Counted from the stretch's first letter, positions 40,079-48,995 are shown. The stretch: 64,000 nt of DNA from Desulfobacteraceae bacterium (GCA_011390415.1 JAABSL010000111.1:4925-68924); one strand, 5' to 3'. Numbers and translations are program-made. Notes: a model not told the origin generated them from the sequence alone.

Positions 40079-40948
40079 ATGACCAATTATAGAATAATTA
40101 TTATTTCCGGACTTTCCGGATCCGGAAAAAGCACGGCAATTGCCGCCCTGGAAGATGCAGGGTTTTACTGCGTCGACAATATGCCGGTGGAGCTGCTGCC
40201 AAAATTTCTCGAATTGCCGATCCACAGCGATACGGATATAAAGGGGCTTGCATTTGTCATGGATATCCGGGAAAAAGGGTTTCTGAATGCATGGCCCGCC
40301 GTTTTTGAAGGCCTTCAGCAGAAAGGCCATCATTTTCAAATTATTTTTCTTGAGGCGGAAGAAACCGTCTTGTTAAAACGCTTCAGCCAGACCCGGCGGC
40401 ATCATCCCCTGGTGCGCGACAAATCCCTTCTTGAAGGCATCCGTGAAGAAAAAAAACTGCTGGAACCTTTGAAAGAAGCGGCTGCCAGAATTATCGACAC
40501 CTCCACCTGCAATATTCATGACCTGAAATCAATAATATTCAACTTTGCAAAGAGCACGGTTGATGCCACGTCAATGCACATTAAAATTATGTCGTTCGGC
40601 TTCAAGCACGGCATCCCCCATGACACGGATCTGGTCATTGATGTACGGTTTTTAACCAATCCGTTTTTCATACCGGAACTTACGAAATATAGCGGAAAAA
40701 ATGATAAAGTTAAAAATTTTGTTTTAAATCATGAGGCAACACATACTTTTTTGCTAAAATTCAAAGATCTTATTGATTTTTTAATTCCGTTGTATGAAAA
40801 GGAAGGCAAATCTTATCTGACGATTGCAATCGGCTGTACCGGGGGGCGGCACCGATCGGTTGTCATTGCCGAAACCATTTTTACACATATCAGTAAACCC
40901 GGCCGCCCCGTGAATATCAGCCACCGGGATATTGATGTTAATAATTAA
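40079..40948 (+). CDS. rapZ: RNase adapter protein RapZ (YhbJ)
   Basis: Walker A GLSGSGKSTA. C-terminal GCTGGRHRSV motif. Confidence 0.9.
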   Translation: MTNYRIIIISGLSGSGKSTAIAALEDAGFYCVDNMPVELLPKFLELPIHSDTDIKGLAFVMDIREKGFLNAWPAVFEGLQQKGHHFQIIFLEAEETVLLKRFSQTRRHHPLVRDKSLLEGIREEKKLLEPLKEAAARIIDTSTCNIHDLKSIIFNFAKSTVDATSMHIKIMSFGFKHGIPHDTDLVIDVRFLTNPFFIPELTKYSGKNDKVKNFVLNHEATHTFLLKFKDLIDFLIPLYEKEGKSYLTIAIGCTGGRHRSVVIAETIFTHISKPGRPVNISHRDIDVNN

Positions 40949-40963
40949 AAACCAGGATTTTTT

Positions 40964-41380
40964 ATGATTGGAATAGTTATTGTGACGCACGGACAACTTG
41001 GAGACGTACTCGTGGAAACGGCTGAAATTATTTTCAGTGAAAAGCCCGAATTGGTTACCTCCGTATCCATTAACCTGACCGAAAATGTGGAAACCCTCAG
41101 AAAAAAGATCAAAACCGCGATAAAATCCGTTGATTCCAACAAAGGAATACTGATTTTAACCGACATGTTCGGCGGCACGCCCTCCAATTTAAGCTACACG
41201 TTTCTTGAAGAAGGACGCATTGAAGTTATTTCCGGTGTCAACCTGCCGGTACTGTTAAAGGCAGTCAACATCCGGAAAAAAGATATGGATCTTCACCAGA
41301 TGGCCAAAACAATTGAAACGTATGGGAAAAAGAGCATTTCCCTGGCAAGCAGTATCCTAAAGGGTGAAAAAAGAACCTGA
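40964..41380 (+). CDS. PTS mannose-family EIIA component
   Basis: IGIVIVTHGQLG (active-site His) and DMFGGTPSN, typical of EIIA-Man. Confidence 0.75.
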   Translation: MIGIVIVTHGQLGDVLVETAEIIFSEKPELVTSVSINLTENVETLRKKIKTAIKSVDSNKGILILTDMFGGTPSNLSYTFLEEGRIEVISGVNLPVLLKAVNIRKKDMDLHQMAKTIETYGKKSISLASSILKGEKRT

Positions 41381-41383
41381 CTG

Positions 41384-41842
41384 ATGCCGGATATGATCAT
41401 TGCCCCGATGACGGAAAATGATTTGGAATCTGTTTTAAAAATCGAGCAGGCATCGTTTAACAACCCCTGGAGCCGGATATCTTTTTTAAACGAACTGGCC
41501 GGTCAATTTTCACATAATTTTGTTTTAAAGCTTGAAAATTCTTGTGAAACATATCAGATTATTGCATACGTATGTTTTCGCTTAATCATTGATGAGCTTC
41601 ATCTTTTGAAAATCGCAGTCAATCCGGTTCAACGGCATCAGGGGTTTGCTGTTAACTTTTTAAATGAGTGCATAAAAACCATTGGGCCGCAAGGGATTAA
41701 TTCAGCATTCCTTGAGGTGAGACAGCATAATGCGGCTGCAATTGGTCTTTATAAAAAAGCCGGTTTTTATATTGAAGCACAAATACCAGATTATTATTCA
41801 GATACGCTTGAGGATGCCATCCTAATGCGAAAAACTTTTTAA
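41384..41842 (+). CDS. rimI: Ribosomal-protein-alanine N-acetyltransferase (GNAT)
   Basis: GNAT motif A VNPVQRHQGFA, about 150 aa, and a RimI-like N-terminus (E..SF..PWS). Confidence 0.7.
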   Translation: MPDMIIAPMTENDLESVLKIEQASFNNPWSRISFLNELAGQFSHNFVLKLENSCETYQIIAYVCFRLIIDELHLLKIAVNPVQRHQGFAVNFLNECIKTIGPQGINSAFLEVRQHNAAAIGLYKKAGFYIEAQIPDYYSDTLEDAILMRKTF

Positions 41843-41858
41843 AGGAGGAATATTGTAA

Positions 41859-42863
41859 ATGGCTATTAAAATAGCAATCAATGGGCTGGGAAGAATCGGA
41901 CGGCTTGTGTTTCGGGCTGCTTTAAAGCGGCCGGATATAGACATTGTTGCGGTGAATGATTTAATGGATCCTGAATCCATTGCCCATCTGCTCACCTATG
42001 ATTCAGTTCATGAAAAACTCGATGTTGAAATTACGCCCAAAGAAAATGCCATCGAAATTGAAGGAAAATCCATTGCCGTGTTTTCGGAAAGAGATCCGGC
42101 AAATCTACCCTGGAAAAACTTTAATGTTGATATTGCCGCAGAATGCACCGGTCTTTTTCGTGACAAAGAAAGCGCCGGCAAACATTTATCCGCAGGTGCC
42201 AAAAAGGTAATCATCTCTGCCCCGGCAAAAGATCCGGATATTACCATTGTGATGGGCGTAAATTCTGATCAGTATGATGCCGCCAGCCATCATATTATAT
42301 CCAATGCCTCCTGCACCACGAACTGCCTGGCGCCCATTGCCAAAGTATTGAATGACGAATTCGGCATTATTGCCGGGTTGATGACCACGGTCCATTCTTA
42401 CACAGGTGACCAGCGATTACTGGATGCGCCGCACAAAGACCTCCGTCGCGCGCGGTCTGCTGCCCTTTCGATGATTCCCACCACTACGGGCGCTGCCAAA
42501 GCAGTGGGCCTGGTTCTGCCGGAACTGAACGGAAAATTAAACGGATTGTCCATCCGGGTTCCCACGCCGAACGTTTCCGTTGTGGATCTGGTGGTCACCA
42601 TTCAAAAAACCGGGCTAAATGCCGAAACAATCAATGCAGCGTTGAAAAATGCTTCTGAAACTTCACTGGCCGGGATTCTCGGGTACAGTGACCTGCCGCT
42701 GGTCTCCAGCGATTTTAACGGCTGCCCGCTCTCATCTATTGTTGACGCACCAACCACTTACGTCATCGACAATATGGTCAAAGTTCTCTCCTGGTACGAC
42801 AATGAAGCCGGATATTCCACCCGGATGGTCGACCTGGCGGAAATGATCGGAAAACAGCTTTAA
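41859..42863 (+). CDS. gap: Type I glyceraldehyde-3-phosphate dehydrogenase
   Basis: INGLGRIGR, SNASCTTNCLAP, WYDNE. Confidence 0.95.
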   Translation: MAIKIAINGLGRIGRLVFRAALKRPDIDIVAVNDLMDPESIAHLLTYDSVHEKLDVEITPKENAIEIEGKSIAVFSERDPANLPWKNFNVDIAAECTGLFRDKESAGKHLSAGAKKVIISAPAKDPDITIVMGVNSDQYDAASHHIISNASCTTNCLAPIAKVLNDEFGIIAGLMTTVHSYTGDQRLLDAPHKDLRRARSAALSMIPTTTGAAKAVGLVLPELNGKLNGLSIRVPTPNVSVVDLVVTIQKTGLNAETINAALKNASETSLAGILGYSDLPLVSSDFNGCPLSSIVDAPTTYVIDNMVKVLSWYDNEAGYSTRMVDLAEMIGKQL

Positions 42864-42871
42864 AAAATGAA

Positions 42872-42905
42872 TCCGGCAGCCGGATGATTCCCTTCGGCTG
42901 CCGGA
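42872..42905 (+). terminator. Stable hairpin between gap and tpiA (attenuator or weak terminator)
   Basis: 11-bp perfect stem TCCGGCAGCCG / CGGCTGCCGGA with a 12-nt loop, followed by CTAAAATTTTT (interrupted T tract). Confidence 0.4.
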
Positions 42906-42964
42906 CTAAAATTTTTGCAATCTTTCAACCGATTTGAAATCCTTTTATTGAAGGAGTTTTCATT

Positions 42965-43720
42965 ATGAAAAATCGCGTTCCTTTGATCGCAGGCAACTGG
43001 AAAATGTTTAAAACCATCAGCGAGGCAGCAGATACAGCCAAACAGCTGGCCAATCTGGTATCTGATGTTGAAGACATCGATATTATGATTGCACCGCCGT
43101 TCACTGCGCTGGCAGCTGTTTCCGAGATCATAAGAGATACCCGGATTGACCTGGGTGCACAGAATCTCTTCTGGGAAAAAGAAGGTGCGTTTACCGGAGA
43201 AATTTCCGCTCCCATGCTGATTGCAGCAGGATGCCAATATGTTATTATCGGTCATTCGGAGCGCCGGCAATATTTCGGGGAAACAGACGAAACCGTGAAC
43301 CAAAGAATCAAGACAGCCAGCACCGCCGGACTTATTCCGATTCTCTGTGTAGGGGAAACAGAAACTCAAAGAGACGATCAAAAAACATTTTCAGTACTTG
43401 ACAAACAGGTAACAAAAGGGTTAGAAAGTCTAATTTTAGATGAACATCATTCTCTTGTTATTGCATATGAACCGGTCTGGGCCATTGGTACCGGAAAAAC
43501 AGCAAGTCCCGACCAGGTTCAGGAAGTCCATGCATTTTTAAGAGACCTGCTTGAAAAACAATTTGGAAATATGCACGCAAATGCCACCCGTATTCTTTAC
43601 GGCGGCAGCGTCAAACCGGACAATGCGTCAGAACTGATGGCCTTGCCGGATATTGACGGCGCGCTTGTCGGTGGTGCGAGTCTGAAACCGGACTCATTTG
43701 CCAGAATTATTCATTTTTAA
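42965..43720 (+). CDS. tpiA: Triose-phosphate isomerase
   Basis: GNWKM, IGHSERR, AYEPVWAIGTG. Confidence 0.95.
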   Translation: MKNRVPLIAGNWKMFKTISEAADTAKQLANLVSDVEDIDIMIAPPFTALAAVSEIIRDTRIDLGAQNLFWEKEGAFTGEISAPMLIAAGCQYVIIGHSERRQYFGETDETVNQRIKTASTAGLIPILCVGETETQRDDQKTFSVLDKQVTKGLESLILDEHHSLVIAYEPVWAIGTGKTASPDQVQEVHAFLRDLLEKQFGNMHANATRILYGGSVKPDNASELMALPDIDGALVGGASLKPDSFARIIHF

Positions 43721-43740
43721 TTTTTTATTTAATTGAGACT

Positions 43741-44160
43741 ATGACAGCATTAATCGTAACAATACATGTAATTGTCAGTATTGCCCTCATCCTTATCGTG
43801 CTTTTGCAAAGCGGCAAAGGAGCGAGTATGGGGGCTGTTTTCGGCGGGGCCGGCAGCCAGGCCCTTTTCGGCACCACCGGTGCCGCAACGTTTCTGGGTA
43901 AAATGACAACTGTCGCAGCAGTGGTGTTTATGATCACCTCGCTGTCTCTTGCCTATCTATCGAAAAGCGGCGAAAAATCCGTAGTATCCGATATAAAACC
44001 GGCAACCCAGCAGACACAGCCGCTTGCACCAACCCAGCCGGCACCCGGGGATGTTCAGCCGGAAGAAAATACAGCGGCCCCACAGATGCCATCTGAAGGG
44101 ATGCCGACGGAACCGGCACCGGTTGTTCCGGAAAATCCCACACCAACGCCTCCTGAATAA
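43741..44160 (+). CDS. secG: Preprotein translocase subunit SecG with extended Pro-rich C-terminal tail
   Basis: Two TM helices with LLQSGKGA..G..FGG. Conserved tpiA-secG-tRNA-Leu arrangement. About 60 extra P/Q/E-rich residues at the C-terminus. Confidence 0.8.
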   Translation: MTALIVTIHVIVSIALILIVLLQSGKGASMGAVFGGAGSQALFGTTGAATFLGKMTTVAAVVFMITSLSLAYLSKSGEKSVVSDIKPATQQTQPLAPTQPAPGDVQPEENTAAPQMPSEGMPTEPAPVVPENPTPTPPE

Positions 44161-44173
44161 AATTACAGATACT

Positions 44174-44259
44174 GCCGAAGTGGTGGAATTGGTAGACACG
44201 CTATCTTGAGGGGGTAGTGGGTTACGCCCGTGCCGGTTCAAATCCGGCCTTCGGCACCA
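44174..44259 (+). tRNA. tRNA-Leu (anticodon GAG), CCA encoded
   Basis: Hand-folded cloverleaf: acceptor GCCGAAG/CTTCGGC, 3-bp D stem, anticodon stem CTATC/GGTAG with loop TTGAGGG (U33, GAG, G37), a 14-nt long variable arm, T arm GCCGG-TTCAAAT-CCGGC, discriminator A and CCA. 86 nt. Confidence 0.9.
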
Positions 44260-44265
44260 TATATT

Positions 44266-44303
44266 AAAAAAACCGCGCTCTTTCCGGATCGCGGTTTTTT
44301 TTA
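44266..44303 (+). terminator. Rho-independent (bidirectional-looking) terminator after tRNA-Leu
   Basis: A7 tract, stem AACCGCG/CGCGGTT (44271-44277 / 44290-44296), then a T8 tract. Confidence 0.65.
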
Positions 44304-44522
44304 TTTAATTTATATTTTATATGTAATAGAGAACAAAAATGTTGATCAAATCATACAAAACACTCCGAAAAATAAAGTTTTACACGGTCAACCTGCCGTT
44401 AATATTAATTACCATTCCCATAGGGTTTGTTTTCGAGTTCATTATTACTTTTCCGTTTATTGTTTTCTGTACGATAGACGGTATGGGGAACAGGGGAAAA
44501 TTTAAGAAAAACAAGTAAAATA

Positions 44523-44906
44523 CTATTTATTGCTGCCAATTTTATATTTTGCTTGTTCTTCAAGCTTGTTTATTTTCGCAATAATACATTTCTGCAGTTT
44601 GTTTAAATCAATTGTGGTAAACCGGACACCGATCCCCCCTTTTGTCATATGAACAGTTTGACCGGATGCCTGAACTTTAAACGCAGGCGATTTTGATTCC
44701 GGATCAAAATCAATAACAATTTCTGCTTTCGCCGGAATCGGCACCATCTCCTCAGTTGCGATAAAAAAACCGTTTGAGCCAAGATTCTGGACAATGCCCG
44801 ATATCATAATATGGGATCGGGAACCACCGCCATAGTCTTCCGTAACTCTTAACGTTGCTTTTGTATCCGGCCATACCTGACTTCTGGTATTTTTCCGTTT
44901 ATTCAT
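44523..44906 (-). CDS. PilZ-domain-like protein
   Basis: N-terminal RKNTR (RxxxR) and a beta-barrel-length body. The second c-di-GMP motif is degenerate (NLGSNG instead of D/NxSxxG). Last gene of a tightly packed four-gene operon. Confidence 0.55.
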   Translation of the reverse strand: MNKRKNTRSQVWPDTKATLRVTEDYGGGSRSHIMISGIVQNLGSNGFFIATEEMVPIPAKAEIVIDFDPESKSPAFKVQASGQTVHMTKGGIGVRFTTIDLNKLQKCIIAKINKLEEQAKYKIGSNK

Positions 44907-44945
44907 TTATGTATTATGCCTCCCAAAAAAGACTGTCGTTTACAT

Positions 44946-45209
44946 TCAGCTATCGATTCCCAGCAGTGAATCCAGTTTTCCGTTCTGATCTAAAACAGCT
45001 AAGTCATCATATCCGCCGACATGATAATCCTCAATAAAAATTTGCGGAACCGTTCGCATTCCGTCGCTTCTTTTCACGGACTCTGCGATCAATTCCGGAT
45101 TTCCGTCGATTTCAAACTCATTGAACAAAACACCTTTACGCTTCAGCAAGGCTTTTGCACGCGTGCAATAGGGACAGGAACGGGTTGTAAAAATATCGAT
45201 TTTCGTCAT
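44946..45209 (-). CDS. grxC: Glutaredoxin (Grx3-type, CPYC)
   Basis: CPYC active site, TVPQIFI, GGYDDL. Confidence 0.9.
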   Translation of the reverse strand: MTKIDIFTTRSCPYCTRAKALLKRKGVLFNEFEIDGNPELIAESVKRSDGMRTVPQIFIEDYHVGGYDDLAVLDQNGKLDSLLGIDS

Positions 45210-45227
45210 GTTAAAACTCCTTGTCAG

Positions 45228-46151
45228 TCATATGCGTTCAAGCAGAGAAATAAATTTTTGCCATCGGGGCCGAAATTGCGCCAGTGGCATACTGTCCATG
45301 GTCCTTAATTCCAGGGTCGGCCCTTTGAGATTGAACCGTATATCCGTAAACAATGTGGTCATGTGATATAAAAACGCATCAAAAGATAAATCCGAAGAAT
45401 TGATAAATGGAACATCTTCCCCCAAAACTTCGGCGTGAAGGGCAAAATGAATCAGTCGCCGGATAAGGGTTTCAGAAGCGCCCAGTTGTTCAAAACAGCA
45501 TGGCGGCCTGCCGCAGCGGGTCGCGTCCGTATGTTGCCAGATATCTTTTCTTTCCCGCGACATCTTAAATTCATCTGCAGATGAAAGCCTGCATAATAAA
45601 CTAAACAAGGGCAGGATTTCGTCAAAATCAGAAATCACTACATGCAAATGAATGGAAGCGGTTCCTTTCATCATTTCAAGTCCCCGGCTGCCGACCCTTG
45701 CCAGGCGCTCATGCAGTTTAACATACCGATCAGCTGTCAGGCAAAGCGGCGCTTCGGCGCGCCCCGGCAGAAAATCCGTTCCAATATATTCGATCCCCAG
45801 ACGCTCCCGGATGGTTTCATTTGTCTGCCGGATAAACAGCAACAATGAATCAAACAAAATATTATCATCTGCAAACAGCGGCGGACTGCCGTATTCAATC
45901 TGTCCTCCCGGCTCAAACCCGACCCGCAGTCCATTTTCCGCCTGATGGCCATCGCAGTTTGAGGAAAAACCGATTTCTGCCAGCAGCCCGGCAACGGATT
46001 GCACATCGTCGCGGGTTAAAATTCGGGCCGGGAGAAATTCATATTCAAAACCGTAACTTCTGCGGCCTCTGTTTTTCAGGCGGGATAACGCATCAATATA
46101 TTTTTGCGTGAACTCATTTATCAGTTTGTCAAGTCGGTCCTGCATATTCAA
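45228..46151 (-). CDS. Short glutamate-cysteine ligase family protein (GCS2 / plant- and EgtA-like carboxylate-amine ligase)
   Basis: GFEYEF, FEPGGQIEYGSPP, MMKGTASIHLHV, RKDIWQHTDATRCG and TLFTDIRF...LELRTMDS parallel the conserved blocks of plant-type gamma-GCL as I recall them. Only ~307 aa. TTG start. Confidence 0.65.
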   Translation of the reverse strand: MNMQDRLDKLINEFTQKYIDALSRLKNRGRRSYGFEYEFLPARILTRDDVQSVAGLLAEIGFSSNCDGHQAENGLRVGFEPGGQIEYGSPPLFADDNILFDSLLLFIRQTNETIRERLGIEYIGTDFLPGRAEAPLCLTADRYVKLHERLARVGSRGLEMMKGTASIHLHVVISDFDEILPLFSLLCRLSSADEFKMSRERKDIWQHTDATRCGRPPCCFEQLGASETLIRRLIHFALHAEVLGEDVPFINSSDLSFDAFLYHMTTLFTDIRFNLKGPTLELRTMDSMPLAQFRPRWQKFISLLERI

Positions 46152-46172
46152 AAAAGTACCTTTGAGCAGGTA

Positions 46173-48059
46173 TCAGGAAAAAAATTCCTGATACCATAAT
46201 GTGAATATGATTATTGAAAACACCTGATCCGCAGCAGACACCAATGTTGCCGGGCCGATGCCCCGGGTTGAAACTTTTCCCACAAGAGACCGGGCATAAT
46301 CAGGATCAAGAATGCCCTGCCGGCGGATAACATTTCCGAAAAGGATATCCTGCAAAAAATCCGGCAAGGTCCGGGGGGCCGCCAGCCAGTCAGCCATGGG
46401 AATGGTAAAGGGCTGTTTCCGGCGACGCGCGGTTTCGGCATCCAGCACATGATATTTCAGATATGCTTCGCTGCAGACAAATTTTTCCCTGACAGCGTCA
46501 AGATTCACCTTCAGGTGAACCGGCAGGGTCGCGGCAAACTCGGCCAGCCGATAATCGAGCAGCGGCGTGCGCGCTTCTAAGGAATGCCGCATGGACAAAC
46601 GGTCCAGTCGTAAAATAACGTAATCCGGCAGCCTGAAACGTGTTTCATACGCAATGGCCTGGTTCACCGGATCTTCATTGCCGGCAAGCCATGGAATGGC
46701 ATCTTCGGCAAACTGCCCTGACTGCGGCTTTTGCCCTGTCAGACGAAAAATCGCATTCGAATCAAACAATGCTTCATTCTGAATATATCGTTCGCCCGGA
46801 TCACTTTTTCTTTGGCCAAGATATGATTTAAGTTCCGGAAAAATACTGTGCAGTTCGTTCTGCTTTGCCGGAGCAAGCAGTGGAAACTGCGACGCTGCCC
46901 GTTCAATCATAAATTTACGGTATCCGCCAAAAATTTCATCCGCACCCTCCCCGGTTAAAACCACTTTCACCTGCTTTGCGGCCATTTCACAAACCATGTC
47001 CGTGGGCAGCAATGTTCCCAATGAAATCGGTTCTTCCAGGGACCGTACAATTTCCGGCAGTCTTGCAAGATCATTTTTCCGGCACACCTGGGAATTTAAT
47101 TGTGCTGATTTAAATTTTGCCGGATTTGTCGTTAAAAATTTTTTAACGTGTGAAAGTTCATTGTATTTTGGTTCTTCAAAAGCCACGGAAAAAAGCCGCA
47201 TCAGAGGTTGATGAGAAACCGCCTGGGCTGATACCGCGGAAGAATCAATGCCGCCGCTGATCAAAGATCCGACTTCCACATCCGAACGCAACCGGATTTT
47301 TACCGCATCCGCAAACAGCTCGTGAAATTGGCCGGTTGCGTCGTCTAATGTGATATCCTGATCGACATTATCCAGCCGGTAATCCCAGTATCTTTTGATC
47401 TGGTATTCACCGGAGGCCAGGTCATAACAAAGAAACGACCCCGGCGGCACCCGGTAAACCCCTTTAAACAGGGTCTCGCTGCCCGGAATATAACGATATG
47501 TAAAATAATTGGCCAGACAAGGAGCGTTGATTTCGGGTTGAATGCCGGTGCCGGCGAAAAGGGGTTGAATTTCAGACGAAAACAGAAAATTATGATTGTT
47601 TTTCAGATAGTAAAGCGGTTTGATCCCGAACCGGTCTCGAAACAACAACAAGCGATGTTGACCCGGATCCAATATGGCCCCGGCATACATGCCATTTAAA
47701 AACGACAGAAAATCGATTCCCTTTGCACGATACAAATGCAATGCCACTTCTATGTCGCCTTTTGAAACAAAAGATTCTGTTTTTACAATTTCTTTCAGCT
47801 CGATGTAATTATAGATCTGGCCGTTGCATAATATGGACGTATCATCAAGTTTGCAGCGGATCGGCTGCATCCCGGTTTCAAGATCAAGAATTGATAAACG
47901 CACAAACCCGAACCCGACTGTCCGGCCGCAAACGCTGTGACAGACGCTGCGGGAATTATCCGGTCCGCGATGTCTCAGGATTTTATTCATTTGATTTAGG
48001 CGGGTGGTTGTCTCCTCAAAAGACAGGTCAGGAGATACCAGTCCGTTTATACCGCACAT
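46173..48059 (-). CDS. asnB: Asparagine synthase family, glutamine-hydrolysing (class II amidotransferase + PP-loop synthetase)
   Basis: MCGI N-terminal nucleophile Cys2. PP-loop SLISGGIDSS. 628 aa. Confidence 0.9.
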   Translation of the reverse strand: MCGINGLVSPDLSFEETTTRLNQMNKILRHRGPDNSRSVCHSVCGRTVGFGFVRLSILDLETGMQPIRCKLDDTSILCNGQIYNYIELKEIVKTESFVSKGDIEVALHLYRAKGIDFLSFLNGMYAGAILDPGQHRLLLFRDRFGIKPLYYLKNNHNFLFSSEIQPLFAGTGIQPEINAPCLANYFTYRYIPGSETLFKGVYRVPPGSFLCYDLASGEYQIKRYWDYRLDNVDQDITLDDATGQFHELFADAVKIRLRSDVEVGSLISGGIDSSAVSAQAVSHQPLMRLFSVAFEEPKYNELSHVKKFLTTNPAKFKSAQLNSQVCRKNDLARLPEIVRSLEEPISLGTLLPTDMVCEMAAKQVKVVLTGEGADEIFGGYRKFMIERAASQFPLLAPAKQNELHSIFPELKSYLGQRKSDPGERYIQNEALFDSNAIFRLTGQKPQSGQFAEDAIPWLAGNEDPVNQAIAYETRFRLPDYVILRLDRLSMRHSLEARTPLLDYRLAEFAATLPVHLKVNLDAVREKFVCSEAYLKYHVLDAETARRRKQPFTIPMADWLAAPRTLPDFLQDILFGNVIRRQGILDPDYARSLVGKVSTRGIGPATLVSAADQVFSIIIFTLWYQEFFS

Positions 48060-48286
48060 GGATAACTACACCGTTTTGAGTATTCTGAATCGGGATTGGA
48101 GAAAATTTCGATACATATAAAAATAAAAATTAAAAGTCAATTGATTTCAGAAACTTATTGCCATGTAAGCAATAAAAAATAGTATTATGGCAATGATTTA
48201 TGCTAAAGTATATGATAAATTAACAATCGTTCATTCTGACATCTGCCAGAATATAATGCATAATTTAATATAAAGCTATTTTTCAA

Positions 48287-48736
48287 ATGATTTCAGATTA
48301 CAGCAGCCCCCGACCCGATCATTTTCAATTAAGATTGCGCGACCCTGCGGAAAAACCGAATAAGATTAATTCAAAAGTTATTCTACAGGAAAAAAATCAA
48401 AAAAAAGAAGAGAAATTTAATAAAAAATTTATTTTATGTAAAACCTGCAACCACAAAATAACCTCTAAAGAGGAATCGATCAGCGTGAGTAATTCTCACC
48501 AGCATACATTTGCCAACCCCGCCGGTATTCTCTTTGATATCGGCTGTTTTAAATCCGCGCCCGGCTGCCAGAATACCGGACCTTTCACAGCAGAATTTTC
48601 ATGGTTTAAAGGTTTCAAATGGCGGATATCCATATGTGAATCCTGTTTTACACATCTGGGGTGGGTGTTTCTTTCTTCAACAAATCATACTTTTTTTGGA
48701 TTAATCCTGGACCGGCTGATTGATTCAAACCCATGA
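48287..48736 (+). CDS. Bacterial cereblon-like CULT-domain protein with Lys/Glu-rich N-terminal extension
   Basis: Residues ~48-149 align by eye to the cereblon thalidomide-binding domain / Magnetospirillum MsCI4. Shared features are CxxC (C51/C54), FANPAG..F, EFSWFKGFKW, a second CxxC (C117/C120), HLGW and FFGLI.DRL. All three cage Trp residues (W106, W112, W126) are present. Confidence 0.8.
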   Translation: MISDYSSPRPDHFQLRLRDPAEKPNKINSKVILQEKNQKKEEKFNKKFILCKTCNHKITSKEESISVSNSHQHTFANPAGILFDIGCFKSAPGCQNTGPFTAEFSWFKGFKWRISICESCFTHLGWVFLSSTNHTFFGLILDRLIDSNP

Positions 48737-48851
48737 TCGCATAATTATCGCTCGGGTTAATGCAGCCAATATTTTTTAATCAGAACATAAACCATCTGTT
48801 TTTTTATCTGAAATAATTATCCGTACTGACAAATAAACCCCAAAGTATTTA

Positions 48852-48880
48852 TTGACAAAAATGCATTTTTCCTATATAAA
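48852..48880 (+). promoter_or_regulatory. Sigma-70-like promoter for the orphan gene at 48996
   Basis: TTGACA (48852-48857), a 17-nt spacer, then TATAAA (48875-48880). Confidence 0.4.
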
Positions 48881-48995
48881 AAAATAACATATATTATTTT
48901 ATTTTCAGGCAACACATATTTACGAAAAGAATTTTAAACATAACAACCCATTTTATTACCTGATATGCTGCAAACCTTATAACAATGAGGAAATC

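Noticed and set aside
44230-44505. A 91-aa plus-strand ORF starting inside the tRNA-Leu gene.
   Set aside because: It overlaps the tRNA and its terminator, has a GTG start with no RBS, and gives an AT-rich nonsense translation.
46173-48059. The possibility that the AsnB homologue is a lasso-peptide cyclase or another RiPP enzyme.
   Set aside because: It retains the N-terminal Cys2 glutaminase nucleophile (MCGI). No precursor peptide, B-protein (transglutaminase/PqqD-like) or exporter is adjacent.
48188-48204. A sigma-54-like element TGGCAA-N6-ATGCT upstream of the CULT gene.
   Set aside because: The GG to GC spacing is one nucleotide longer than the strictly conserved -24/-12 spacing, and the -12 element lacks TTGC.
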